From Candidatus Nanopelagicales bacterium (lineage in GTDB: Bacteria; Actinomycetota; Actinomycetes; S36-B12): a DNA stretch of 64,000 nt. Below the pieces are notes generated by a model. That model saw only the letters and a program-made list of their open reading frames with translations. It was not told the origin of the DNA and made no database searches. A program made the translations under genes and the position numbers. Shown in pieces: positions 38,017-47,845 of the stretch; positions within the stretch are counted from its first letter, which is position 1, and every line of letters starts with the position of its first letter. The stretch is from positions 1,588 through 65,587 of the forward strand of contig JAFMDS010000004.1 of NCBI GenBank assembly GCA_017857175.1, read 5' to 3'.

Positions 38017-38816
38017 AGTTAGAACGGATTGCTGCGCTGCTGGCAAAAGCTGAGCGGACGGACAATGCGGCAGAAGCAGATGCTTACTTGTCCAAGGCGC
38101 AAATGCTGGCAACCTTGGCCAGCATCGATCTAGCCACAGCTCGGGGACATACACAGAGCAAAGAGTCCTCGGTGCCCGTGAGCAGAACCGTGACAATCGG
38201 GGAGAAAGGCAAAAGGGCCAACACTCACTTGGTGAATCTGTTTGTCACCATCGCCCACACAAACTCGGCTCAGGTCGATGTTGCGCGCGATTCCACTTAT
38301 GTCATCAGCTACGGCATGGCAGGTGATCTTGATTCAATCGAAACACTCTTCGCTTCCCTTGCTGTTCAGATGACCGGTCACGCCAATGTCTACGTGAGTG
38401 CAGGAAAGTGGCGCGGTGAAAGTTTCGACGGACGCGTTCGGGTTAACGGTCGATATCGACGCCGCACAGTCGAATTTACGGCCCAAACTGCTCGAGCTGC
38501 CTTCTACCGGGCATACATTGCAAGGATCGGTGAACGTTTACAGGAAGCTCGCGAGCATGCCATCCACGAAAATGACGAGGCATCAAAGAATTCATCGAAA
38601 ATATCTGGAGCCCTGGTGCTCGCAGATCGCGAAAAAACCATTGCCGCATTTCATCGATCGACTTCTCAGGCGCGTGGAAGATGGGGTGGGTATAGCGGGG
38701 TGGCCTCCGCAAATGCAGGCTCAGCAGGGAGCGCAGGGCGTTCTGCGGCTTCCAGGGCACGACTCGCGGAGCAAGCAAGTATTGCGGGTCAGCGAGGTCA
38801 ATTGCCGCGCGCCTGA
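38013..38816 (+). CDS. DUF2786 domain protein
   Basis: 267 aa. The N-terminus KLERIAALLAKAERTDNAAEADAYLSKAQML matches the DUF2786 pattern. GTGA overlap with the upstream hydrolase gene. Gly/Ser/Ala/Arg-rich tail. Confidence 0.7.
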   Translation: MKLERIAALLAKAERTDNAAEADAYLSKAQMLATLASIDLATARGHTQSKESSVPVSRTVTIGEKGKRANTHLVNLFVTIAHTNSAQVDVARDSTYVISYGMAGDLDSIETLFASLAVQMTGHANVYVSAGKWRGESFDGRVRVNGRYRRRTVEFTAQTARAAFYRAYIARIGERLQEAREHAIHENDEASKNSSKISGALVLADREKTIAAFHRSTSQARGRWGGYSGVASANAGSAGSAGRSAASRARLAEQASIAGQRGQLPRA

Positions 38817-38825
38817 CATGATTCT

Positions 38826-40040
38826 GTGGTGGACCAGAAAGTAACGCTCGCAGACATTAAGCAGGCCAGAGAAGTTATTAAGCCTGTGGTCAATTCGTTC
38901 CCAGTTGCTAATGCTCGTTGGTTGACCGAACTCGTTGGAGGGCCCGTTTATCTGGTTCCAGAAAATCTCCAACGCGCGGGCTCGTTCAAGATTCGTGGTG
39001 CATATAACAGGCTCTCACGATTATCACCAGAAGAAAAGGTGCGCGGAGTGGTGGCGGCGAGTGCCGGCAACCATGCCCAGGGCGTTGCGCTGGCCGCACA
39101 GGTGCTTGGCATTAACGCCACAATTTTCATGCCGCTTGGCGCGACAATTCCTAAAGTCAAAGCAACTCAGGGCTATGGTGCCCACGTTGAATTTGCTGGC
39201 CACTCAATCGATGAAGCACTTGTCTCTGCACAGGAATTCGCTGATCGCACTGGTGCGATTCTGATTCATCCGTTCAACCACCAAGACATCGTTGCCGGTC
39301 AAGGAACGCTAGGCCTTGAGATCCTAGAAAAAATCCCCGATGTTCAGACCGTTGTTGTCTGCACCGGCGGCGGCGGTTTGCTCGCAGGCGTTGCGTTGGC
39401 CATCAAGTCGATCCGCCCCGATGTCACAGTGGTCGGTGTGCAAGCAGAAGGTGCGGCGGCGTATCCGCCATCACTTGAAGCGGGGGAACCTATTGCCCTC
39501 ACTTCCATGACGACCATGGCTGACGGGATCGCCGTTGGACGACCGGGTGATATCCCATTTGCAATCATTCAAGAGTATGTGGATCAAATCATGACAGTGA
39601 GTGAAGAACAATTGTCTTACGCGGCGCTATCCGTACTGGAGCGCGCGAAGCTAATTGTTGAGCCCGCGGGTGCCGCGGCAACGGCGGCTGTCATGGCGCA
39701 TCCCGAGCAATTCACTCCTCCTGTTGCAGTAGTGCTTTCAGGTGGAAACGTTGATCCACTGCTCCTGTTGCGCATCATTCGTCACGGCATGACCGCTGGA
39801 GGGCGTTACCTGACCATGAGAGTTCAAGTGCCTGATGCTCCGGGGAGTCTGGCCGCGGTTCTTGAGGCGGTTCAAAGTAAGTCGGCCAACGTTGTTGAAG
39901 TTGATCACAACAGAATTGACCCGCAACTGGGTGTGGACGAGGTTGAAATAGTCCTACAGGTGGAAACGCGCGGGCGTGAGCATGCGGATCTTGTTTTAGA
40001 GGCAGTGCGCGAAAGTGGTTTCAACGTCACTGAGTTATAG
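38826..40040 (+). CDS. ilvA: Threonine ammonia-lyase (threonine dehydratase) with one C-terminal ACT-like domain
   Basis: 404 aa. PLP-lysine motif SFKIRGAYN and glycine-rich loop. Confidence 0.9.
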   Translation: MVDQKVTLADIKQAREVIKPVVNSFPVANARWLTELVGGPVYLVPENLQRAGSFKIRGAYNRLSRLSPEEKVRGVVAASAGNHAQGVALAAQVLGINATIFMPLGATIPKVKATQGYGAHVEFAGHSIDEALVSAQEFADRTGAILIHPFNHQDIVAGQGTLGLEILEKIPDVQTVVVCTGGGGLLAGVALAIKSIRPDVTVVGVQAEGAAAYPPSLEAGEPIALTSMTTMADGIAVGRPGDIPFAIIQEYVDQIMTVSEEQLSYAALSVLERAKLIVEPAGAAATAAVMAHPEQFTPPVAVVLSGGNVDPLLLLRIIRHGMTAGGRYLTMRVQVPDAPGSLAAVLEAVQSKSANVVEVDHNRIDPQLGVDEVEIVLQVETRGREHADLVLEAVRESGFNVTEL

Positions 40041-40066
40041 GCAACTTTGGTCGATAGAATTCGACC

Positions 40067-41056
40067 ATGGCTCAAGATGATGCAGTTCATGCCGAAGGCT
40101 TGGTCAAGACCTTTGGCGATGTCAAAGCACTTGATGGTTTAGACCTCGTGGTTCCTAGAGGCCAAGTTGTCGGGCTTCTGGGGCCAAATGGCTCAGGCAA
40201 GACCACAACAGTGCGAATTCTTGCAACCTTGTTAAAGCCAACAGCGGGTCAAGCTTTTGTGAACGGGTATGACGTGACGAAGCAATCTGATGAAGTCCGA
40301 CACAGCATCGGCCTGACGGGACAGTATGCCGCAGTCGATGAATTCCTCACCGGTCGTGAGAACTTAAAAATGTTTGGAGATCTTTATCATCTGACGCCTA
40401 AGTACGTTAAAGAGCGCTCAGAAGAATTACTCAGCTGGTTTGATCTAGTTGATGCCGCTGATCGCCCGGCCAAAACATATTCAGGTGGAATGCGCCGGCG
40501 GCTTGATTTGGCTTCAAGTTTGATTGCAAAACCCAGCATTCTTTTTCTCGATGAACCGACCACCGGACTTGACCCACGATCGCGGCTTGGCCTGTGGGGG
40601 GTCATTGAGAGTCTTGTGGCTGAAGGCACCACGGTGTTGTTGACCACCCAGTACCTCGAGGAAGCCGATAAGTTGGCCAATGACATTGTGGTGATTGATC
40701 ATGGCAAGGTCATTGCTCATGGCACCGCAGAGAATCTGAAGGATCAAATTGGTGGTGACAGGCTCGAGGTGACTCTTGTCGATCCGCACAAAATGTCCGA
40801 TGCGCAGGCTGCGCTGGCCCCTATTTTTGGGTCGGATTCCTTGATCAACGAATCGAACCTATCTGGGCCTGTCAGCGGAGGCTCGAAGGTACTCGTTGAA
40901 GCAGTGCGGGCACTTGACTTTGCCGGCATTGAAATCGCTGACTTAGCATTGAGGCGCCCCACCTTGGACGATGTATTTCTTTCACTCACCGGACACGGCG
41001 CAGAAGATGAAACGCCTGCGCCGACTAGCTCACGATCACGAAGGGGACGCCGATGA
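40067..41056 (+). CDS. ABC transporter ATP-binding protein (DrrA/ABC-2 type exporter)
   Basis: 329 aa. Walker A GPNGSGKTT and signature YSGGMRRRL. TAGAAT box lies 6 nt before the ATG. Confidence 0.9.
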   Translation: MAQDDAVHAEGLVKTFGDVKALDGLDLVVPRGQVVGLLGPNGSGKTTTVRILATLLKPTAGQAFVNGYDVTKQSDEVRHSIGLTGQYAAVDEFLTGRENLKMFGDLYHLTPKYVKERSEELLSWFDLVDAADRPAKTYSGGMRRRLDLASSLIAKPSILFLDEPTTGLDPRSRLGLWGVIESLVAEGTTVLLTTQYLEEADKLANDIVVIDHGKVIAHGTAENLKDQIGGDRLEVTLVDPHKMSDAQAALAPIFGSDSLINESNLSGPVSGGSKVLVEAVRALDFAGIEIADLALRRPTLDDVFLSLTGHGAEDETPAPTSSRSRRGRR

Positions 41057-41940
41057 GTTCAACCATGGGAACCCTGCGCACATCCACGCCCGAGGCAATG
41101 TCTAGGCCGATACTGGGCTGGACACTGCATGACTCGCTAGTCATCGCACGCACCACGATCCTTGCGTCCTTCAGAATCCCTGAAGCTATGTTTTTTCAGC
41201 TCATTCAACCGGTTATCTTCGTGCTCCTTTTTGCCTACGTTTTCGGCGGCGCCATCCCCATCCCTGGAGCCGAGCCAGGCTCGGCGGCGGATGCCAGCTT
41301 GTATCGTCAGTATTTGATGCCGGGAATTTTCGGTCAGACGGTGGCTTTCGCCGCAGCGGCGAGCACTGTCGGGTTGGCCGAAGCAATGCAAAAAGGCATC
41401 ATCGATAGATACCGAGCCCTGCCAATGTCGCAGTCCGCAGCACTCATTGGAAACACATTTGCCAATGCGATTCGGCAAATTATGGTTCTAACAGTTCTGA
41501 GTATTACCGGGTTCATTGTTGGTTGGCGAATCAACGATGGCATCCTCAACGCCATTTATGCTTATCTCTTATTGCTGCTTTTCGCCTATACAGTGACTTG
41601 GGTTGGCGCGTTCATTGGTCTGTCCGTGCCAAATACCGAAACGGCAAACACTGCAGGACTCGTATGGCTTTTTCCATTGACATTCCTGTCCAATGCCTTT
41701 GTGCCACTGGACGGGTTGCCGACTGTACTGCGCGCTTTTGCGGCCTACAACCCAATATCCTCGCTGGTGTTGTCGACGCGCGAGTTATTTGGAAATCCCA
41801 CGGGATACCCACCTGGTGTTGAGCCCGAGTACTGGTCACTACAAAACCCAGTTCTTTATACGGTCATTTCCTGCGCGGTCGTGATCGGCATATTTGCGCC
41901 ACTGGCAATCAGGAAATACCGGAGTGCTAGTAGGCGCTAG
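41053..41940 (+). CDS. ABC-2 type transporter permease
   Basis: 295 aa, six predicted transmembrane helices. ATGA overlap with the ATPase gene. Confidence 0.85.
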   Translation: MSSTMGTLRTSTPEAMSRPILGWTLHDSLVIARTTILASFRIPEAMFFQLIQPVIFVLLFAYVFGGAIPIPGAEPGSAADASLYRQYLMPGIFGQTVAFAAAASTVGLAEAMQKGIIDRYRALPMSQSAALIGNTFANAIRQIMVLTVLSITGFIVGWRINDGILNAIYAYLLLLLFAYTVTWVGAFIGLSVPNTETANTAGLVWLFPLTFLSNAFVPLDGLPTVLRAFAAYNPISSLVLSTRELFGNPTGYPPGVEPEYWSLQNPVLYTVISCAVVIGIFAPLAIRKYRSASRR

Positions 41941-41949
41941 TTCTTCCTA

Positions 41950-42432
41950 TTAGGCGTAATCCTCGACGTTAAGAATCTCAACCTGCATTTGTTTCCCATT
42001 GGCAAGTTCATAACTTGTGGAGTCTCCAACGCGTTTGCCAAGGACTGCAGCACCAAGCGGTGAAGTGGGTGAGTACACATCAATGGATGCGTGCGCCGCT
42101 TCTTCGCGGGAGCCAAGGAGAAAGGTCTCTTCCTCATCAAAGTTGACAAGACGAACTGTTATTACCTTGCCGTGCGAGACTTCATCGGGCGCAGCATCTG
42201 GGACACCAATTTGTGCATTCTCGAGTAGTTGCTTGAGTTGTCGCACACGCGCCTCATTTTTGCCTTGTTCTTCCCGTGCCGCGTGGTACCCACCATTTTC
42301 TTTGAGGTCGCCTTCTTCGCGGGCAGCCTCGATGCGTTTGGTGATTTCAACGCGCTTGGATCCTTGGCGCTCTTCGAGCTCAGCGCTTAAACGGTCATGA
42401 GCTTCTTGAGTCAGCCAGGTAACTTCAGTCAT
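41950..42432 (-). CDS. greA: Transcription elongation factor GreA
   Basis: 160 aa. VTWLTQEAHDRLSAELE followed by a coiled coil, plus the C-terminal FKBP-like domain. TAGGGT box lies 6 nt before the ATG. Confidence 0.95.
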   Translation of the reverse strand: MTEVTWLTQEAHDRLSAELEERQGSKRVEITKRIEAAREEGDLKENGGYHAAREEQGKNEARVRQLKQLLENAQIGVPDAAPDEVSHGKVITVRLVNFDEEETFLLGSREEAAHASIDVYSPTSPLGAAVLGKRVGDSTSYELANGKQMQVEILNVEDYA

Positions 42433-42469
42433 GGTGAAACCCTAGTACGGAATCTAAATTACTGAAACT

Positions 42470-42946
42470 TCATTCTGACCACGGCTGAATAGGCGGTGCA
42501 ACGCCCGCCGGAAATTGTGGACCAGGGACTCGGGTGGGATCTCCCCGTGAAACGCACGTTAAAACCTCAGCAGTGTAGGCGGGAGCCAATGTGCGTAGTT
42601 GATATGTCAACTGGTTGTAGTCCGAACCGCTAGGAACATCCACTTCGGCGTATCCCACATCAATTCGGTTCTTGTCCTGGGCCCGCAATACGCAGGTGAC
42701 CGCTAGATCTGCAGGTTTACGCACCTCAAAATTGATATCTACTTTTTCAGGCGAGCTTGCGTCCCATGCCAACAGGCGAAACTGAATATTCTTTTGAGCA
42801 AGTGAAAATGTGACGAACATGATGGCGATAATGAAAATGGAGATGGCGCCACCGACAAGGATGTTCCGCATTATGGGGCGCCGATTCATGCCGTATCTCT
42901 CCTGCATGGCTGGAGAGAGTTGATCCTTTCGAAAGGGACTCGCCAT
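42470..42946 (-). CDS. DUF4307 domain membrane protein
   Basis: 158 aa with a single transmembrane helix. Conserved position between greA and mca (Rv1081c-like). Confidence 0.7.
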   Translation of the reverse strand: MASPFRKDQLSPAMQERYGMNRRPIMRNILVGGAISIFIIAIMFVTFSLAQKNIQFRLLAWDASSPEKVDINFEVRKPADLAVTCVLRAQDKNRIDVGYAEVDVPSGSDYNQLTYQLRTLAPAYTAEVLTCVSRGDPTRVPGPQFPAGVAPPIQPWSE

Positions 42947-42979
42947 AGAGGCAGACTAGTGAAGTGAGAGACTTGGTCC

Positions 42980-43849
42980 GTGCATGAGATGGAAAATGTT
43001 GATTCACTGCGGTTGATGGCGGTTCACGCTCATCCAGATGATGAGTCCAGCAAAGGTGCGGCGGTCACTGCTCGCTACGTAGCCGAAGGTGTTCAAGTCA
43101 TGGTCGTGACATGCACGGGTGGTGAGCGGGGCGATGTCCTCAACCCAGCCGCGCAACAGCGAGTTGATGAACTCGGCATCCATGAAGTTCGACGCCAAGA
43201 GATGGCAGATGCTGCACAAATATTGGGTGTTCAACATGAGTGGCTTGGTTTTATGGACTCAGGTTTCACCGAGGGTGAGCCCCTGCCCGATGATGCTTTT
43301 GCACTGGTTCCACTTGAGGTGAGCGTCCCACCGCTCGTGAGGCTCATTAGAGAGTTTCGCCCACAGGTCGTTACGACTTATGACGAAAATGGGGGATACC
43401 CGCATCCCGATCACATTCAGACGCACGTCGTGACCATGGCTGCAGTGGAGCAGGCAGCAAATCCTGATTTATATCCAGACTTTGGACCCGCATTTCAGGT
43501 TCTCAAGGTCTATTACAATCAGCAGTTTCACAAAGAGAGAGTTGTTGCCCTACATCAAACTCTCATCGAGGCTGACATCGAGTCACCATATGAAGAGTGG
43601 TTAAAGAACTGGGAAGACAAGCCTGACGATGCTGATCGGATCACCACGAAGGTCCATGCTGCAGACTTTTTTCATATTCGAGATTCCGCACTTAAGGCAC
43701 ACGCCACTCAAATTGAGCCGGACGGTCGCTGGTTTGCCGTCTCACTTGATCTGCAGAAATCTGCTTGGCCCACTGAAGATTTTCAGAGGGCAATCAGTCA
43801 CGTAGATGCTCCTGAACAAGAAGATGATCTCTTTGCGGGAATTCGCTAG
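42980..43849 (+). CDS. mca: LmbE/PIG-L family deacetylase, mycothiol conjugate amidase Mca-like
   Basis: LRLMAVHAHPDDES zinc-binding motif. Synteny with greA. The start is ambiguous (GTG 42980 or ATG 42989). Confidence 0.75.
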   Translation: MHEMENVDSLRLMAVHAHPDDESSKGAAVTARYVAEGVQVMVVTCTGGERGDVLNPAAQQRVDELGIHEVRRQEMADAAQILGVQHEWLGFMDSGFTEGEPLPDDAFALVPLEVSVPPLVRLIREFRPQVVTTYDENGGYPHPDHIQTHVVTMAAVEQAANPDLYPDFGPAFQVLKVYYNQQFHKERVVALHQTLIEADIESPYEEWLKNWEDKPDDADRITTKVHAADFFHIRDSALKAHATQIEPDGRWFAVSLDLQKSAWPTEDFQRAISHVDAPEQEDDLFAGIR

Positions 43850-43896
43850 GTAACGAGGCACAACAAAAAGCCCTGCTCAACAGATAAAGGATTACC

Positions 43897-44121
43897 ATGG
43901 AAACAGAGCCAGACCTTCAAACCATCATTGATGGCGCAGGGCCGATCGCGGGCTTATTTGTATTACTTGTTGGCATCGCACTTGTCCTATTGTGGCTCAA
44001 CATGAATCGTCAGATGAAGCGCATCAACCCTGAGTTGCCCAAAGGAAAGAATGAACTGCGGGTAGAGCAGGAGTTTGCGGATATCTCTGAAGACAAAGAA
44101 TCTGATGAGAAGCCGGAATAG
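43897..44121 (+). CDS. Small membrane protein
   Basis: 74 aa with one transmembrane helix (GPIAGLFVLLVGIALVLLWL) and an acidic tail. Confidence 0.5.
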   Translation: METEPDLQTIIDGAGPIAGLFVLLVGIALVLLWLNMNRQMKRINPELPKGKNELRVEQEFADISEDKESDEKPE

Positions 44122-44842
44122 GTATCTCAATGAGTTTCTCAAGCCGGTCAGCATCGTTGTTGCCCTGCTTCTCGTAGGGGTTTGTGTCCTCTTCTTCTTT
44201 TTAGGAAAATGGCAATGGGATAGAACCCAGAATATTCTCAATGCTGAGCGCGCCGCTGCCGCCGCAGTAATCCCAGCTCCGGATGTCCTTGGCCCGGACC
44301 TTGACCCATCTGATTTTGGTCGCACTGTCGTTGCCCGTGGGTTTTATGACGAATCCCATGTGGCACGCATTGGTAATCGACTTTCGGGTGGCGGTGACAA
44401 TGCGAATGCTGGACAGTGGATTGTTAATGATTTTGAGTTGGACACGGGCGAACATGTTGCGGTTTTGCGCGGATGGGTCCCTTCGGATGGAAGTTACTCA
44501 ACTCCGAGCGGGGAGGTTGAACTTCGAGCCATTGTCCAGCCCAATGAAGCCTTCTATGAGGGCTCGAATCAAAGAAATGGTGTTTACGCTGTGATTGACT
44601 CCGCTGTCTTTTCGAGTGAGTGGGGTGTCGCGCTCTCCGACGGATTCCTGGTTGTCGAATCGGAATTTCCCGCGTCCCCTGATGCGCCGAAAGTTGTTCC
44701 ACCCACGATTCAGACGGCCGAAGTTGCCTTTCCTCTCCAGAACTTTTTTTATGCTATCCAGTGGTGGATCTTTGCCTTGTTTGCGGTCGCCCTTTATGTT
44801 CGCTGGATCATGGTCTCAGGTAGGCAAAAAGAGATTCGCTAG
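44105..44842 (+). CDS. SURF1 family protein
   Basis: The ATG at 44105 gives MRSRNRYLNEFLKPVSIVVALLLVGVCVLFFFLGKWQWDR. N- and C-terminal transmembrane helices typical of SURF1. Confidence 0.75.
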   Translation: MRSRNRYLNEFLKPVSIVVALLLVGVCVLFFFLGKWQWDRTQNILNAERAAAAAVIPAPDVLGPDLDPSDFGRTVVARGFYDESHVARIGNRLSGGGDNANAGQWIVNDFELDTGEHVAVLRGWVPSDGSYSTPSGEVELRAIVQPNEAFYEGSNQRNGVYAVIDSAVFSSEWGVALSDGFLVVESEFPASPDAPKVVPPTIQTAEVAFPLQNFFYAIQWWIFALFAVALYVRWIMVSGRQKEIR

Positions 44843-44851
44843 ATTTGCCCC

Positions 44852-45757
44852 ATGATCCAAGTTATGGGTGAGGCTCTCATTGACATCATTGTGAGTACAG
44901 AGGGGGAAGTTGACTCAGTTGTCGGTGGCGGACCACTCAACACAGCTCGCACCATTGCTCGCTTGGGTCACGAGGTTGAATTCATTGGCGGAATCTCGCA
45001 AGATGCATTTGGTCGCCGCATTCAACGCCTGTTGGAAGCTGATGGAGTCAAACAGGCAATAGTCCGTCTCTTGCCGGAACCATCAACTTTGGCCATTGCG
45101 TCACTCGATGAAACTGGCGCTGCCACATATCGATTCATGACGGACAACACCGCCGCAAGTTCCGTGTCCGTTGACATGGCGCTGGATGCACTCAACGTCA
45201 ACGCTCGAGCAATTCACATTGGCACGCTCGCATTAGTTCTCACCCCACTGACCGACGCTGTATGTGCGGTCACCAATGCCCTTGGCGCTGATCAAATCCT
45301 GATGGTTGATCCCAATGCGCGTCCGAGCGTGATGGCCGACTCTCGAATTTTTGATGAAACGGTAAAGCATGTGTTGAATCGAGCGAACATCATCAAGGTA
45401 AGCGGAGATGATCTTGCGTTCATGTCACCCAGCGTGGACTCACATCGAGCCGCTCAGGATTTGCATAACCAAACGGGCGCAATTGTGCTCTTCACGGATG
45501 GCGCCCAAGCATTGAACGTTTTTGTGGGCGGTGCCAAGGAAATTGTTGCCGTGCCACCTGTTGAGGTCGTTGATACCGTGGGTGCGGGTGATTCTTTCAG
45601 TGGCGGGTTCCTTGCCTTTTGGGCTCAGAATGATTATGTGCAGTCGGATCTTGCATCCATGGAAAAGGTACTCGCTGCAACTGAATTTGGCATCAAGGTC
45701 GCGGGGTTAACATGTCAGCGAGCGGGTGCCCAGCCTCCCTTCGCGCATGAACTCTGA
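44852..45757 (+). CDS. PfkB-family carbohydrate kinase (fructokinase-like)
   Basis: 301 aa. C-terminal motif DTVGAGDSF. TAGATT box lies 6 nt before the ATG. Confidence 0.85.
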   Translation: MIQVMGEALIDIIVSTEGEVDSVVGGGPLNTARTIARLGHEVEFIGGISQDAFGRRIQRLLEADGVKQAIVRLLPEPSTLAIASLDETGAATYRFMTDNTAASSVSVDMALDALNVNARAIHIGTLALVLTPLTDAVCAVTNALGADQILMVDPNARPSVMADSRIFDETVKHVLNRANIIKVSGDDLAFMSPSVDSHRAAQDLHNQTGAIVLFTDGAQALNVFVGGAKEIVAVPPVEVVDTVGAGDSFSGGFLAFWAQNDYVQSDLASMEKVLAATEFGIKVAGLTCQRAGAQPPFAHEL

Positions 45758-45775
45758 TCTATATAGAGTCTCTGC

Positions 45776-46126
45776 ATGAATAAGATTCCCAGCGCACTTC
45801 TTGCCTTCCGAATTATGGCTTGGGTGACTGGTGTCGTCCTGGCAAGTGCAACCATATGGGCGCTACTCGGCTATCTCCTTTGGGGTTACGCAGATGACGG
45901 TGGCAAACCGGGTCTTTACAGTTTGCTGTGGGTTGCGCACGGCTGGCTCTATTTTGCCTACCTCATTGCTGCTGTGAATTTAGCATTCTTGCTGCGCTTT
46001 CCCATTCTGAAGACCGTCGCATTGCTTCTCGCTGGAACAATTCCTTTTGCTTCATTTTATGCCGATTTTGTCATGCATCGTTATGTGCGAAATTTGCCGC
46101 AGACTAAGGCAGACACCAGTCAATAG
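45776..46126 (+). CDS. DUF3817 domain membrane protein
   Basis: 116 aa, three or four transmembrane helices. TAGAGT box lies 6 nt before the ATG. Confidence 0.7.
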   Translation: MNKIPSALLAFRIMAWVTGVVLASATIWALLGYLLWGYADDGGKPGLYSLLWVAHGWLYFAYLIAAVNLAFLLRFPILKTVALLLAGTIPFASFYADFVMHRYVRNLPQTKADTSQ

Positions 46127-46778
46127 GTTCTTGACCGCGTGAGACCAAAATTGCATTCGTGCGGCTAAATGGTCGCGACCCAAAGAATCCCTTGCGCGCC
46201 GATAGCGGGCTTGGGTGGGAACCCCAAACTACTGGTGCTTGTCCCACACGAGGCAACAACTTTTGCGCAGGCTTTCCCCACAAGATGAAGACGGGCGGCA
46301 ATATCGTGTGCTCCAGCAATGCTGAGATGACTGCTTCGGTGAACTCTTCCCAGCCGTGACCGTGATGTGATCCTGAGGCACCTGCTTGAACCGTCAGGAC
46401 ACGATTGAGCAGGAGCACTCCTTGAGTGGCCCACGGGCGGAGGTCTCCCGTTGTTGGAGTTGGGCAGCCCAGATCTGTGGAGAGCTCTTGAAAGATATTG
46501 GACAAACTTCGTGGAATTCGAACACTGGGCTCAACGCTGAAAGCCAGACCGTGGGCATCGCCCGGGGTGGGATATGGATCTTGTCCCACGACAACAACCT
46601 TGACCGAGCTGATCGGTTGAGAAAATGCACGCAAAACTTGATCACGCGGAGGCAAGCAGGTTCTGCCAACTTCATTTTCATAATCAATAAAGGACTCGAT
46701 CGCTTCCAGTTTGTCCAGGTGGTCGGTGAGTGCGAGCTTCCATGTTGGATCGAGTTGACTGACAAAAGGGTTTGGCAT
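46104..46778 (-). CDS. ung: Uracil-DNA glycosylase, family 1
   Basis: 224 aa. Motifs VVVGQDPYPTPG and SHPSPLS. Its start shares one base with the modC stop (TAATG). Confidence 0.93.
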   Translation of the reverse strand: MPNPFVSQLDPTWKLALTDHLDKLEAIESFIDYENEVGRTCLPPRDQVLRAFSQPISSVKVVVVGQDPYPTPGDAHGLAFSVEPSVRIPRSLSNIFQELSTDLGCPTPTTGDLRPWATQGVLLLNRVLTVQAGASGSHHGHGWEEFTEAVISALLEHTILPPVFILWGKPAQKLLPRVGQAPVVWGSHPSPLSARKGFFGSRPFSRTNAILVSRGQEPIDWCLP

Positions 46779-47845
46779 TAGTCCAAACTCACCCCCGCTA
46801 CTTCGATGGCTTTAACGCTTGTCCACACTCGAGACCCGACCTGAAGGTCCATGGAGCTCAGTGACGCTGGCGTTATCGTCGCCGAGAGAGTAACCGCACC
46901 CCGAATGACAAGCCGCACTCGATCGAGAGTTTGCTGAATGTCACTAACCTCACCGGCCCAGACGTTGCGGGGACTTCCCTCCGGCATGGTCAAGTGAACA
47001 GAGACCGTATCTGGCCGAATAATGGCTGCTGCCGACCCAGAAAGTTGGGAATTATCCGTGGAGATGAATTCTCCGGTTGGGGTCGCAATAACTCCGTTAG
47101 TCGCTGTACCTCTTATGAGTGTTACACCCATTAAGGTCGCTGCGTAATCGGTTCGCGGCGATTGAGCTATTTCGCTAGGAGTGCCCACTTGTGTGATCTG
47201 GCCATTTTCCAAGATTGCGATTTTGTCTGCGAGCAGCAACGCATCGAGGGGGTTGTGGGTCACGATGATCGCCGAACCCTGAAACCTTTTGAGATGTTTT
47301 CCCAGTTCGTTGCGAACATGGCCTGCGGTGACGGCATCAAGTGCGGAAAGGGGTTCGTCCAAGAGCAAGGCGTCAGGACTCGTAGCCACTGCTCGGGCGA
47401 GGGCAACTCGTTGGGCTTGGCCGCCCGATAATTCAGCGGGGCGCCTTCGGGCGAGATTCACAAGGTCAAATTGGGCGAGAATGGCATCAGTGCTCTCGCG
47501 AGCTTGGGCTTTTGAGACCCCACGACTACGGGGACCGAAAGCAACGTTCGCGGAAACCGAGAGGTGGGGGAATAGTGCATAGTTTTGGAACACAACACCA
47601 ATATTGCGGTTGTTAGCTGGAATAAAGCAATGCGCCGCCGGTGAGTCAAGCACCTGTCCGCCGATTTTGATCTCGCCCGAGGTGATTGAGATTATCCCCG
47701 AAATCGACTGAAGTGCGGTACTTTTACCCGCGCCATTAGGACCAACAAGCGCTAACACCTCACCGGGAGCAACCGATAATTTGCAATCCAGTTGAAATTC
47801 ATTTCGGTCAACTATGAAGTCAGCACTCAAGCCTTGGTTCGTCAT
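46778..47845 (-). CDS. modC: Molybdate ABC transporter ATP-binding protein
   Basis: 355 aa. Walker A GPNGAGKST, signature LSGGQAQRV, C-terminal TOBE domain. Confidence 0.88.
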   Translation of the reverse strand: MTNQGLSADFIVDRNEFQLDCKLSVAPGEVLALVGPNGAGKSTALQSISGIISITSGEIKIGGQVLDSPAAHCFIPANNRNIGVVFQNYALFPHLSVSANVAFGPRSRGVSKAQARESTDAILAQFDLVNLARRRPAELSGGQAQRVALARAVATSPDALLLDEPLSALDAVTAGHVRNELGKHLKRFQGSAIIVTHNPLDALLLADKIAILENGQITQVGTPSEIAQSPRTDYAATLMGVTLIRGTATNGVIATPTGEFISTDNSQLSGSAAAIIRPDTVSVHLTMPEGSPRNVWAGEVSDIQQTLDRVRLVIRGAVTLSATITPASLSSMDLQVGSRVWTSVKAIEVAGVSLD

